A DNA stretch of 64,000 bases from an uncultured Mycoplasmatota bacterium (GTDB lineage Bacteria > Bacillota_I > Bacilli_A > Izemoplasmatales > Izemoplasmataceae), in NCBI GenBank assembly GCA_913062645.1, contig CAJXVW010000002.1:301433-365432 (forward strand), in the 5' to 3' direction. The notes under the pieces are model-generated. The model made no database searches, had not been told where the DNA came from, and saw only the letters and a list, made by a program, of their open reading frames with translations. Below are positions 36,959 to 46,277 of this stretch, in pieces. A program made the translations under genes and the position numbers. Within the stretch, counting starts at the first letter, position 1; every line of letters begins with the position of its first letter.

Positions 36959-38113
36959 ATGCCGAAACAAAGCACGAAAAACATTCAGGACGCAATCGTA
37001 CGACTCGGAGAACAACTGGGATTCATCAGCATCGCCGAGTTTCGCACCAATCACAAAGGCACGTATTCACCGATCATCGATGTCGCCTGGTTGATCGATC
37101 TCGATCAACACTTCGATATCGATGCGCTCAAACCGTTGTTCGGAAAAGAGTACGACAATCTCAACACACTTCACCGTTTTCCGATCGCCGGGTTTGAGAT
37201 CGAGGGTTCGAACACCACCAGCAAGAATCAGCTCAGTAACTTCGCCAATCTCGCCGCGTCCAACTTCTTCTTCAAGTTCGTGGTTGTCGACAATGCCGGC
37301 GCCTTGAAAGAAAATGACACCTACCGCCGAGGTGTCAAGATCGCAAACTATTTCGAATCTCTGATCGGCGACAAACAAATCATTTTCTCCGACTGGCTCC
37401 ACATCAAGGAGTCGATCGAACGGATGGACGCCAAAGAGTTCGAACTACTTCATTTTGATTGGCTGATGTGGCTGAAATCCATCCCGAACAATGAAACATC
37501 ACGATCCGCTGTCGGCGGAGAAACCAAGTCCGTTCCCGTTTTCGATTCGATCACGCCGCACTTCCGTGCATCCGGACTTGAACTCCGAGAGAATCATCAA
37601 CCCAACTGGCAGACAATGGAGTTTGAAATGAACAAAGATCTCCTCAAAGCCGAGACCATTGAAAACGAGCAGTTGAAATTCGCTCTGCGCCAACGGTTCT
37701 ATCCGCAACCGGACCATGCAACCATCAAAGACGTGAGAACCGTGAAAGACGCATTTTATGTCCCGAAACTCGATCTGGTCGCAGGTTTCCGGGCTCCGGA
37801 TCCGTTCATTCACTGGTTGTCGATCCTAGCCGGATGCAAACACAATGATGTGGTTTACAGTCCATTACTGTACAACATTCTTCATCTCAACAAGAAGGAT
37901 TTGTTCATCCCATTGATTTCCTGTGAAATCGAAACATCGTCAAACAAACATCTCAATGGCGGATTGATCAACATGGCCAAGAACTCGCACATCGGATTGC
38001 TTGTGAGCAAAGCCGAAGGTGACTCCCACATCTCGTATTTCTCAAAGCAACTCGGATTGAACAATATATATCATTACTGTTATGAAACAACAAATCATAA
38101 GGAGGAACAATGA
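36959..38113 (+). CDS. Protein with two tandem PD-(D/E)xK-like nuclease motifs
   Basis: IIDVAWL ... AGFEIEGSNTTSKNQLSNFANLA, and again KLDLVAGF ... SCEIETSSNKHLNGGLINMA. Visibly more GC-rich than its neighbours. Confidence 0.45.
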   Translation: MPKQSTKNIQDAIVRLGEQLGFISIAEFRTNHKGTYSPIIDVAWLIDLDQHFDIDALKPLFGKEYDNLNTLHRFPIAGFEIEGSNTTSKNQLSNFANLAASNFFFKFVVVDNAGALKENDTYRRGVKIANYFESLIGDKQIIFSDWLHIKESIERMDAKEFELLHFDWLMWLKSIPNNETSRSAVGGETKSVPVFDSITPHFRASGLELRENHQPNWQTMEFEMNKDLLKAETIENEQLKFALRQRFYPQPDHATIKDVRTVKDAFYVPKLDLVAGFRAPDPFIHWLSILAGCKHNDVVYSPLLYNILHLNKKDLFIPLISCEIETSSNKHLNGGLINMAKNSHIGLLVSKAEGDSHISYFSKQLGLNNIYHYCYETTNHKEEQ

Positions 38114-38415
38114 GAATCAACTGGAAAGTCGTTACCCGAGATCACGTTCTGAAGGCCATCGAGAAGTTCAACACCGAAAACATCAAGGCACCGAAAGCAC
38201 GGAGCACCTTCCTGCTCCACGAAGGCCAGTCGCTGCCAGCCAAACACATCCGCGGCATGGCATATGAAATCGCCACTGGAATCCGTCTGAGCAAAGAAGA
38301 TTACACAGGTGGACAGGAAACCGTCGATTTCTTCGACAGATTGACCTTCATCGTACGACACACCCCGAAAAGTCGAAATAAGATAACATACAAACAGCGT
38401 AAAACAAATAACTAA
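38110..38415 (+). CDS. Hypothetical 101-aa protein, translationally coupled to the tandem-nuclease gene
   Basis: ATGA start/stop overlap. I recognise no motifs. Confidence 0.4.
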   Translation: MRINWKVVTRDHVLKAIEKFNTENIKAPKARSTFLLHEGQSLPAKHIRGMAYEIATGIRLSKEDYTGGQETVDFFDRLTFIVRHTPKSRNKITYKQRKTNN

Positions 38416-38460
38416 CCCGATTAGTCCAGTACTCAAATGTGCAACCCCCTTTCATACAAC

Positions 38461-38499
38461 TGGCACCGGAATACCGGTGCCAATTGTATTTTTTTTTAT
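38461..38499 (+). terminator. Rho-independent terminator
   Basis: TGGCACCGG-aata-CCGGTGCCA followed by a T-rich run (attgtattttttttt). Confidence 0.65.
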
Positions 38500-40256
38500 T
38501 ATTTACAGTCAACTTTACAAGCAACCGCTTTTTGAAATTTGCCTTTTGATTCTTGAAGTATTTCCTCGAGTTCGTTGCTCTTAGTCTGCAAGGTATGGTA
38601 CATATTTTTTTTGTCAGTAAGTTCCTGTTTTAAATTATTGTATTTATCTCTTTTCTTGTTCACTAGTTCCATCTTATTATCAACAAAATTTGTGCTTTTC
38701 AAATAAAGTTTACATAGATGATTACGTTCACAACTCTCCTTCTCTAAACGTTCTTGATTATATATTTTGACAAGTTCTTTATACTTTTCATGGCAGTTAT
38801 TTCTATTAAGAATTTCAATGACCTGCTCAAAACCACTTCTTTCCAAGACTCCTTTAAATATCTCGTACACAATGGATAAATATACGTATGTGATATCTCT
38901 GGCATTTTTCTGCGCACTCAGTGTGCTGAAAAGTTTATTAAACAACTCATCGTCGAAGTCAAGTAAGTCTTCTTTCTGACACTTGAGATCTTCAATTGAC
39001 TCTCTCAAGTTTTGACTGTGACTATCAAACTTTTCCTTATCAGGGTGATTGTTATCTAAAAGTATCATAATAGCAGATAAATTATCTCTAATCTTTAAAA
39101 AGATTCCTAATATTTTGAACTCTGAACTCGTTTCCCAGGTCACTTTTTCTTGTAACTCTTTTTTATGCATCTCTTTGAGGTATATTCTTTTTTGGGTTAA
39201 GTCTTTTTTAACATTGCAAATGAAAAGCTTTGCGTCCACAAGAAAATCTGAAATCAATGAAATAACTTTCTCGTATGTGCTTACGTCTTCAACTTTGTAT
39301 GACAAACTCTTCAAGTCATCAACAATATCTATTGCCAACAGCACTTTTTTTCCTCTGTATATATATAAATCCACACCACTGAACTCGTATGGTTTGCAAT
39401 CGTAATTTTCGTCAAAATAGTTGTCCAGATATGTGCTTATATCAGAATCCAACATTTTTTCTAGGCGAAGTAAGTCATCCACATAGAAGAAAGATCTCTC
39501 TGTTAGTACTTTCTCAAATAACATTACAAAATCGGAGAGAGACTTACGAACATATTTCCCAAATTTTCCATTCAAACCTCTCAACCTATAGTCGTTATAG
39601 ACTGAGATGATATAATCAAACAACTCATTCCACGATTTCTCATCAACCGTTAATATCTTGGTAGATAACAATAATTCAGCTGCTTCGGCAAAATCATATA
39701 ATATCATTCTTGAGTATCGTAATATGCTAACATTTTGAAAAATTACCGTTGCATAAAAATATGAAGAGTTCCCATAACCAAAATTCGTTTTAATTACGAT
39801 CTCGAAATCATTGTCGATAGTCAATCTTCTTTTGTTGAAACCCCTTATCCTATGCGAGTATGCAATGACATTATCATTATTGTCATAGTTTCGATAGTAA
39901 GACTTGAGAAGATAAGCGTAATAATAACCCCGAATCACCTCTCGCAAACTATCTTTCACAATTTCTGAAGTATCGATATTGGATATATCTATCAGATCAC
40001 AGTTTGCTCCATTATATTCTAAACAATATTCGTTTTTTCGATAATGAAACAAACCAGGATATTGTACTTCTAGTTTACTAATCAGTTCCTTAACTCTTTC
40101 ATCACTTATAGATTTGTTGGGAAGATTACAGAAGTTGTTGATTTGTCCCCAAAGATAGGGATTATGTGCAATTTGTCGTGTTTGCTTCTTAATAGTACTT
40201 CCGTGACGTTCTAATGATACCAAATAATCTCTTGTAATCTTCGCCATTTCTCTCAC
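38499..40256 (-). CDS. Hypothetical 585-aa protein with a coiled-coil C-terminal half
   Basis: Long AT-rich ORF with no recognisable catalytic motif. Divergently arranged with the HTH gene at 40668. Confidence 0.45.
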   Translation of the reverse strand: MREMAKITRDYLVSLERHGSTIKKQTRQIAHNPYLWGQINNFCNLPNKSISDERVKELISKLEVQYPGLFHYRKNEYCLEYNGANCDLIDISNIDTSEIVKDSLREVIRGYYYAYLLKSYYRNYDNNDNVIAYSHRIRGFNKRRLTIDNDFEIVIKTNFGYGNSSYFYATVIFQNVSILRYSRMILYDFAEAAELLLSTKILTVDEKSWNELFDYIISVYNDYRLRGLNGKFGKYVRKSLSDFVMLFEKVLTERSFFYVDDLLRLEKMLDSDISTYLDNYFDENYDCKPYEFSGVDLYIYRGKKVLLAIDIVDDLKSLSYKVEDVSTYEKVISLISDFLVDAKLFICNVKKDLTQKRIYLKEMHKKELQEKVTWETSSEFKILGIFLKIRDNLSAIMILLDNNHPDKEKFDSHSQNLRESIEDLKCQKEDLLDFDDELFNKLFSTLSAQKNARDITYVYLSIVYEIFKGVLERSGFEQVIEILNRNNCHEKYKELVKIYNQERLEKESCERNHLCKLYLKSTNFVDNKMELVNKKRDKYNNLKQELTDKKNMYHTLQTKSNELEEILQESKGKFQKAVACKVDCK

Positions 40257-40616
40257 CCTTCACATAAAACCAGCAAACCCGTCAAGAAAAACCAAAATAA
40301 TTTAGAGTGGCCTATAATTTCACCTTATAAGGATTACTAGAATCATTAGATTCGATTTTCACATTTTTAGACCATACATCAAAATGGTAATCAGCATCAA
40401 TACAATGTCCCCATCTTAGCATCTGAGATTGACATTGACGCCTGGAAACACCATGAAATTAACACACTTGTCTCCCAATAGGTTTTTTAGCATTTGAGTT
40501 ACATTAAGATTATATCATGATTTTCGGATTTCACGGACAAGCCTTTCATGTATATCACCAAACCAAGTAGTTCATTATATTCCAGTCAAACTGGAATGAG
40601 TTCCCACCATAATATT

Positions 40617-40646
40617 TTGACATCACATTTCCTACGGTAGTACAAT
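40617..40646 (+). promoter_or_regulatory. Promoter of the 486-aa HTH gene
   Basis: TTGACA, 18-nt spacer, TACAAT; AAGGAGGAG SD before ATG 40668. Confidence 0.5.
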
Positions 40647-40667
40647 GAAAGCAAAGGAGGAGTTCAC

Positions 40668-42128
40668 ATGCTAAAATCAAAAACGGAAATAGGAATGGCG
40701 ATTAGGAAATATCGAACTGAGCAAAAACTAACGCAAACAGAGTTTGCTGAATTGCTGAACGTTTCAAAAAGTGCCGTGTCTAATTGGGAAAACGGAGAAA
40801 CATATACGGATTTGGAAGTGCTTGAAAAACTTGCTACGATGATGAAAATCACATTGGATGATCTGATTCGTGAAAAAGATGTCCCATCCAAATTGCGAGT
40901 GTTTGATGCGGTTAATTTTGGCGCACTGATGATTCAGTTTCATGAACTCACTGTCAAACCACGTACGACCCTTCGCCTAAAAGCAAAGAATAATACCGAC
41001 AAACCACTCAACCTGAAATCACTTCATTATCAACTAACAGATCCTGAAGGGCGCGTTCTAAAGGAGACAACAAAAATCATTCCAAGTTACGACGAATGGG
41101 ACGATGACATTCGAACCACTGAAAAATTATCCAATATTCCTAGTTTCATCAGTTCCAATGACGAAATCATATTGGAGTTCATATATGATACGAGTTTGCA
41201 TCGGAATGTTGGCACATACGTTTTCACTCTAATATTCAACAATCATGAGGTCAAATTAGAGATTTCACCGAGCATCATTGAGTTTCTCGATAATCAAAAG
41301 CGGATGATTAGAAGTCCCGACAAACTTAATGAAGATGTTTTCCAAGAGATTTTACAATACATTCTAGCAACCGGCAATTTGGAAGAGGCTATCTCATTCT
41401 TTCTAAAACGCAAAGAACTGCTAGATCTCGACGACTTGAAGACGCTAGGTATTGCCGAGATGGATCAGTACTGCAATAAACTATCCCAAAACCTCACAGA
41501 AGAAACGAAGTACCAACTACTAGAGGACCATTTCCCATCGTCACGGCTCTTGGTTGATCTGAAGGACGCCGATCGTCTCAATAAGATTTTCGATGCTCAC
41601 GAAAGCCAGATTTTGTCCCTGCTTCAGAAAGAACCGACGCAAGCAAAAGTTCTCTATTATCACCTCTACCCGCTATTGACATCTGATCACAAAGCCCGAT
41701 TCGCAAAATTGTTCGCACAAGTTGAATATGAACATCGTGGCACCGAAGGGTTATCCTTATTTGATGCATACGTACATCACTTTGTAAATGATGGAACCTA
41801 TTCAAGTACTTATGAAGCCATAAAGACGCATGGCAAAAGAGTTTCGAGTCGTCAGCTCCGTTCCATGATCGCCGACTTGAGTGATAGCCAAATTTTGGAC
41901 TTAATCCACGAAAAAGACGTTCAAATCACATTGAGTGATGCATTGAGGATGATCCAAGAACGAATGTTCAAGAAAGAATCGAATCAGGAACTTCAAATGA
42001 TCTTGCTTGAATACGTTGAGTTTAACGACAAAGAGCACTTCTTACAGTCAAAAAATCTGATTCATTCCAAAGAGTTATTGGAACTTCTAATTCAATCCGG
42101 AAAAGTCTCATACGACTATTTATTGTAA
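40668..42128 (+). CDS. XRE-family HTH protein with a large unknown C-terminal region
   Basis: IRKYRTEQKLTQTEFAELLNVSKSAVSNWENGETYTDLEVLEKLA is a classical HTH_3. After it come a beta-rich segment and then helical repeats. Confidence 0.6.
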   Translation: MLKSKTEIGMAIRKYRTEQKLTQTEFAELLNVSKSAVSNWENGETYTDLEVLEKLATMMKITLDDLIREKDVPSKLRVFDAVNFGALMIQFHELTVKPRTTLRLKAKNNTDKPLNLKSLHYQLTDPEGRVLKETTKIIPSYDEWDDDIRTTEKLSNIPSFISSNDEIILEFIYDTSLHRNVGTYVFTLIFNNHEVKLEISPSIIEFLDNQKRMIRSPDKLNEDVFQEILQYILATGNLEEAISFFLKRKELLDLDDLKTLGIAEMDQYCNKLSQNLTEETKYQLLEDHFPSSRLLVDLKDADRLNKIFDAHESQILSLLQKEPTQAKVLYYHLYPLLTSDHKARFAKLFAQVEYEHRGTEGLSLFDAYVHHFVNDGTYSSTYEAIKTHGKRVSSRQLRSMIADLSDSQILDLIHEKDVQITLSDALRMIQERMFKKESNQELQMILLEYVEFNDKEHFLQSKNLIHSKELLELLIQSGKVSYDYLL

Positions 42129-42222
42129 AACCCATTGATTAATGATTTAGCAGGTTCGCAAAATGATTTAATTTGATGAATGACAAGATTTGCATGAGGC
42201 AGATCTACGAGGAGGTGAAACC

Positions 42223-42396
42223 ATGTCAAAACGAGGAGGAGTATCCGGTCATACACACACGCAACAACAACTGGATCATTACGCCAATCAAAACAACCCC
42301 AACAATGATGCGTATCAGGATGATCATGACAACCATGCCAATCAACTCAATCCCAACAACGACGAATACAAAGGTGACGACAAAGACGATAAGTAA
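42223..42396 (+). CDS. Small acidic/Asn-rich repeat protein (57 aa)
   Basis: GAGGAGGTG SD. Internal repeat HYANQNNPNNDAY / NHANQLNPNNDEY. Confidence 0.4.
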   Translation: MSKRGGVSGHTHTQQQLDHYANQNNPNNDAYQDDHDNHANQLNPNNDEYKGDDKDDK

Positions 42397-42419
42397 AGGG
42401 ATAATCCTTTAGGGGGGGG

Positions 42420-43739
42420 ATGAGAATGCTGAAAAACGCACTCAAACGCTTTGATTACAAGTTGTTCCTGGCCATCTTCATCACCGGGTTGCTGCCGACC
42501 ATTTACACCACGGTTCGCTTCAACTTCCTCGGCAATCTGCCTGGTGACTGGGGCTACAACATCGCATCGCAACTGCAGTATGTCAATCTGATCTTCGAAG
42601 TCATCCAGGAGATGCTGATTCTGCCGCTATTCTTTCTTATCGGCAAGACCATTCTGGATGACAGCGAGACACGAAACAAGATCAAAACCGGACTCATTGG
42701 TCTGTTCGCAGTCATCCTCTTCTTCAGTACGATCCTGTTCGTTTTCGCCGAAGGCATCGTCACGGCGATGGCGCAGAATCCGGACTTGATCAGTGGTACC
42801 GTAACCTACATCCGATATGAACTCGGCGGCGTCCTCATCAGCAACATGGTGAAGTTTCTGATGGTCGTGTTGGTATTGAAGGAGTTCAAAAAGGACATCT
42901 ACATTGTTCTGGTAATCCAGATGGTTTTCACGGTACTGTTCGACTCCTGGTTCATAAGTGAACTGAGCTTCAGTCTCGATCTCGGTGTCAACGGTATCGC
43001 CTTCACCAACATCATTGTCAACGTGTTGATGTTCGTCTACATGGCATATCGGATCTTCACCGTCTACGCTATCAAAGTCAAGACTTTCTTCCAAGATCTT
43101 GATTTCATCTGGACCAAGGAATGGCTCAAAGTCGGCGGGTTCAGCGGCATCGAATCGTTCGTGCGCAACTTCGCCTTCATGATCATGATCATTCGGATGA
43201 TCAACGTCGTCAACGAACAAGGAACCTTTTGGGTTGCCAACGGATTCATCTGGGGCTGGATGTTGTTACCGGTGTTGACACTTGGTGAGCTGATCAAGAA
43301 AGAAACCGCCGAAGGCGATCAGTACATTGCTCGCAATACGATTGGTTATTTCGTAGTGACGACTATCATCGTCATCATCTGGTTGGTGACCATACCAGTT
43401 TGGTCCCCCTTTCTCCAGCATGTCATGAACGTACCCGAATACGGCAAGGTGTTCGATCTCATCGTACTGCAAGTGATCTTCTACATCATCTTCGCCTACA
43501 ACAACATCATGGACTCCACGTTCTATGGTGTCGGACGAACCGACTACATGTTGTATCAATCGTTAATCGTCAATATCATCTTTTACGGTGCTGCGTTCAT
43601 CCTGTTCCGCGCCGGCATCTTCGAACCAACTCTCAACGGCATCGCCATCATGTTCGGACTTGGAATGACGTTTGATTTCATCCCCACTGTGGTTTTGTAC
43701 ATCAAGTTATTGAAAGATCGCAACATCAAGTTCACTTAG
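42420..43739 (+). CDS. Polytopic membrane transporter, MATE/MOP-superfamily-like
   Basis: About 12 hydrophobic segments in 439 aa. The family assignment rests only on size and topology. Confidence 0.4.
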   Translation: MRMLKNALKRFDYKLFLAIFITGLLPTIYTTVRFNFLGNLPGDWGYNIASQLQYVNLIFEVIQEMLILPLFFLIGKTILDDSETRNKIKTGLIGLFAVILFFSTILFVFAEGIVTAMAQNPDLISGTVTYIRYELGGVLISNMVKFLMVVLVLKEFKKDIYIVLVIQMVFTVLFDSWFISELSFSLDLGVNGIAFTNIIVNVLMFVYMAYRIFTVYAIKVKTFFQDLDFIWTKEWLKVGGFSGIESFVRNFAFMIMIIRMINVVNEQGTFWVANGFIWGWMLLPVLTLGELIKKETAEGDQYIARNTIGYFVVTTIIVIIWLVTIPVWSPFLQHVMNVPEYGKVFDLIVLQVIFYIIFAYNNIMDSTFYGVGRTDYMLYQSLIVNIIFYGAAFILFRAGIFEPTLNGIAIMFGLGMTFDFIPTVVLYIKLLKDRNIKFT

Positions 43740-43749
43740 GAGTGGTATC

Positions 43750-44508
43750 ATGAAAACCAACATGAGCACGTTAGAACGCCTTCTCAGCACCATGTCCTGG
43801 GAAGGGAAACTCGTCGTGAAAGCGTATCGGAACGGCGGCAAGGGAATGGAGAACGTCCTCACCACCGAGGCCTTCAACATTCTTGAGTTCTTGCCTCGAA
43901 AAACCTTCTGGACACCGATCGTGAACGCGCTTCACATGGAGAACGATTCTACTCGCAGGACATTCTTGAAGGAACTTGACTCATTGACATTCTCCATTCT
44001 TCCGGACAACTACTACCTGAAAGAACCCGTCACCTCCCATGCCAGGAGCATGCCGGTTCAACCCGACGGCATCCTCGAAACGGATTCGCTTTACATCCTG
44101 TTAGAAGTGAAACCAATCAAACCGGGACCATTCCAACGGTATCAGATGACCAAGGAATACTACCTCGTCGTCCGTGAAGCAAAACGTCTGGGCAAGACCC
44201 CGCTGTTGTTGTTCGTCACAGGAAAAGAGCCACCATATACTGTCAAACAATACGGCAAAGCGAACCCTGTCCCATTCATCCAGGAAAGCATCTCACACAT
44301 CTACTCACAAACCAAATCAAATACACTCACGCTGGATGAACTCATCAATCAAGTAGAAGATGTCGTCACATGGGTTACATGGAACGAAATCAATCAAGCT
44401 GTAAAGTTGGCTGGGGATACATACGAGAATGTGGATCAAGACACATATAGTGCCGTTTCACGTTTGTACGAAGAGTTTCAAGCAATCATCAAACGTCATA
44501 CGAAGTAG
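43750..44508 (+). CDS. Hypothetical protein with a PD-(D/E)xK-like motif
   Basis: VQPDGILETDSLYILLEVKP (D ... E-x-K). Confidence 0.4.
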   Translation: MKTNMSTLERLLSTMSWEGKLVVKAYRNGGKGMENVLTTEAFNILEFLPRKTFWTPIVNALHMENDSTRRTFLKELDSLTFSILPDNYYLKEPVTSHARSMPVQPDGILETDSLYILLEVKPIKPGPFQRYQMTKEYYLVVREAKRLGKTPLLLFVTGKEPPYTVKQYGKANPVPFIQESISHIYSQTKSNTLTLDELINQVEDVVTWVTWNEINQAVKLAGDTYENVDQDTYSAVSRLYEEFQAIIKRHTK

Positions 44509-44522
44509 ACTGGGAGGATACC

Positions 44523-45005
44523 ATGGAACAATGGAAACCGGTTCAAGGTCTGAAAGACAAATATGAAGTGTCAAACACTGGTAAGGTTCGCTCTTTGATT
44601 ACGAACAAAATACTGAAAACATACTCCAACAACGGACGCCGTGTCGTTAGTCTCAGCACCGATGGAAAAAGCAAGAACAAGATGGTTCATCACCTGGTTG
44701 CTGGTGCGTTCATTCCCAATCCGCATAACTGCAAGTACGTCAAACACAAGGATCACGACTGGACCAACAACCACGTTGACAACCTCTACTGGTCCAACAC
44801 GCGGGGCAGTGGCAAGCCAACATTCATATCAATGAAAGACCTTCAAACGCAACGTGAACTCCAAATCTGGAGCAGCATCCGCTCAATATCAGTCTGGTTC
44901 CGCACCAACCGTCCGAACGCCGGATTCAAAGTGACTGATTTTCGTGCTGCAATGTATAAATCCAAACGCTTCAGCATGTACGGATACTCTTGGGAGTTAT
45001 TGTAA
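44523..45005 (+). CDS. NUMOD4 + HNH_3 homing-endonuclease-like protein
   Basis: EQWKPVQGLKDKYEVSNTGKVRS (NUMOD4) and VHHLVAGAFIPNP...VKHKDHDWTNNHVDNLYW (HNH). Confidence 0.7.
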   Translation: MEQWKPVQGLKDKYEVSNTGKVRSLITNKILKTYSNNGRRVVSLSTDGKSKNKMVHHLVAGAFIPNPHNCKYVKHKDHDWTNNHVDNLYWSNTRGSGKPTFISMKDLQTQRELQIWSSIRSISVWFRTNRPNAGFKVTDFRAAMYKSKRFSMYGYSWELL

Positions 45006-45038
45006 ACACGAAGATAATCCTCCATCCAACCAAAATAA

Positions 45039-45061
45039 AAAGACCATTTAAGGTCTTTTTT
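45039..45061. terminator. Bidirectional terminator between convergent genes
   Basis: AAAGACC-atttaa-GGTCTTT flanked by A and T runs. Confidence 0.55.
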
Positions 45062-46277
45062 AGTGTTTCCCGGAAGCATAGTCACAGTAGTTGCTTAATG
45101 GACATTGCGTGCACAAGGGAGAACTTGGTTTACAGTAATCCCTACCGATTTCCCAAGCGCCTAGATCGAAGATCCCTGGGAAATCGGGGTTCATCGTACG
45201 AGCTTTCCTAATTGTGTCGGTTTTTGATTCTTTGGGTATCAAGCCCAATCGATGGAATACTTTGACAACTTGAATGTCAGGGGATATGTCGATGCCTAAT
45301 AAGTTGTTGAATGGAAACTTGAAATCACGAAGTAGAATGTTGACGATCATGGTACCTAACTTGTCGCCGACACCGTGAAACTCCTGAAATCGTTGTACCA
45401 ATCGGGAGGCATCCGTCTCGGATTTCCACAGGTTGGATGGATCGCCAGCATACTCCGAGTTGACTTTTTTGATTGCCAAATACAATACTTTGGCCATACC
45501 TTTGTTATCAATATGAAGATGGTTCCGGTTGAAAAATGCAATCCACTCATCAAGCGGAACGTCCTTGAGCTTCTCAAAAGAGAGTGTTCCATAATGCGAC
45601 AGAATGATGTAGGGAATGCTCCAGGCACGTTCCGCTTTGATACGACGGTCCATCAACATGCCGATGAACAGGGCTTCCGGCTGATGTTCAATGTCCTTGA
45701 TCAGTGCATCTGCTGTAGGGTTGTCATCCACGTAAACAATGGAGGTGACATCACGGTCCATCTCTTCCAAATGTCGTCTGGACAACAGCTGTTTGATTTG
45801 CTGTTCATGTTCGTGCTCCGATGCTTCGAGGGTTTCGGTGGTGTTTTTTACTGGTTCGTTTTGTTTCTTATGTTTGATTTTTTCTGAGGAACCGTCATTT
45901 CGTTGCGGGAGTTCTCCTCGCTCAACTTGCTGTTTGATCTCATTGAATGATTGGCCCTGTCCAGTCTTCCAGACATGCCCGCCTGTCATCTCTTTTCCAA
46001 GCATCACGGCGGCGGCGAGTGCCGGAGACGTGAACGATACGTCTTCAATCAATACTCTGGTTTTGCCATCGTGAGGTTTTGATTTAAGAGTAACGACACG
46101 TTGTCGGTTGCGAACGGTGTTAGGTTTGTTTGTTCTGTCTTCTCTCATGAGGTAACCTCCCTCTAAAACAATCATTTCATTATCAGAAGGGGTGAATGTT
46201 CCGGTGTAAATCCCCTGCGCCATAATCGTTCGAGATTTCGCGGTCTGGTGCAAATAGAACCGAATTCCTTTACTCAT
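45060..46277 (-). CDS. DUF4357-like domain fused to an endonuclease III / HhH-GPD DNA glycosylase domain with a 4Fe-4S loop
   Basis: N-terminus FTSPALAAAVMLGKEMTGGHVWK. HhH region FHGVGDKLGTMIVNILL and IDISPDIQVVKVFHRLGLI. C-terminal CKPSSPLCTQCPLSNYC (C-x6-C-x2-C-x5-C). Start set at ATG 46277 (MSKGIRF). Confidence 0.6.
   Translation of the reverse strand: MSKGIRFYLHQTAKSRTIMAQGIYTGTFTPSDNEMIVLEGGYLMREDRTNKPNTVRNRQRVVTLKSKPHDGKTRVLIEDVSFTSPALAAAVMLGKEMTGGHVWKTGQGQSFNEIKQQVERGELPQRNDGSSEKIKHKKQNEPVKNTTETLEASEHEHEQQIKQLLSRRHLEEMDRDVTSIVYVDDNPTADALIKDIEHQPEALFIGMLMDRRIKAERAWSIPYIILSHYGTLSFEKLKDVPLDEWIAFFNRNHLHIDNKGMAKVLYLAIKKVNSEYAGDPSNLWKSETDASRLVQRFQEFHGVGDKLGTMIVNILLRDFKFPFNNLLGIDISPDIQVVKVFHRLGLIPKESKTDTIRKARTMNPDFPGIFDLGAWEIGRDYCKPSSPLCTQCPLSNYCDYASGKH

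Noticed and set aside
7860-42150. Interpretation of the AT-rich region as a prophage or ICE
   Set aside because: No capsid, tail, terminase, portal, relaxase, T4SS or integrase genes are present. The content is almost entirely defence-type.
42173-42412. 79-aa ORF overlapping the small repeat protein in another frame, and the ATG at 42190
   Set aside because: The GAGGAGGTG SD is positioned for ATG 42223, and the repeat structure is visible only in that frame.
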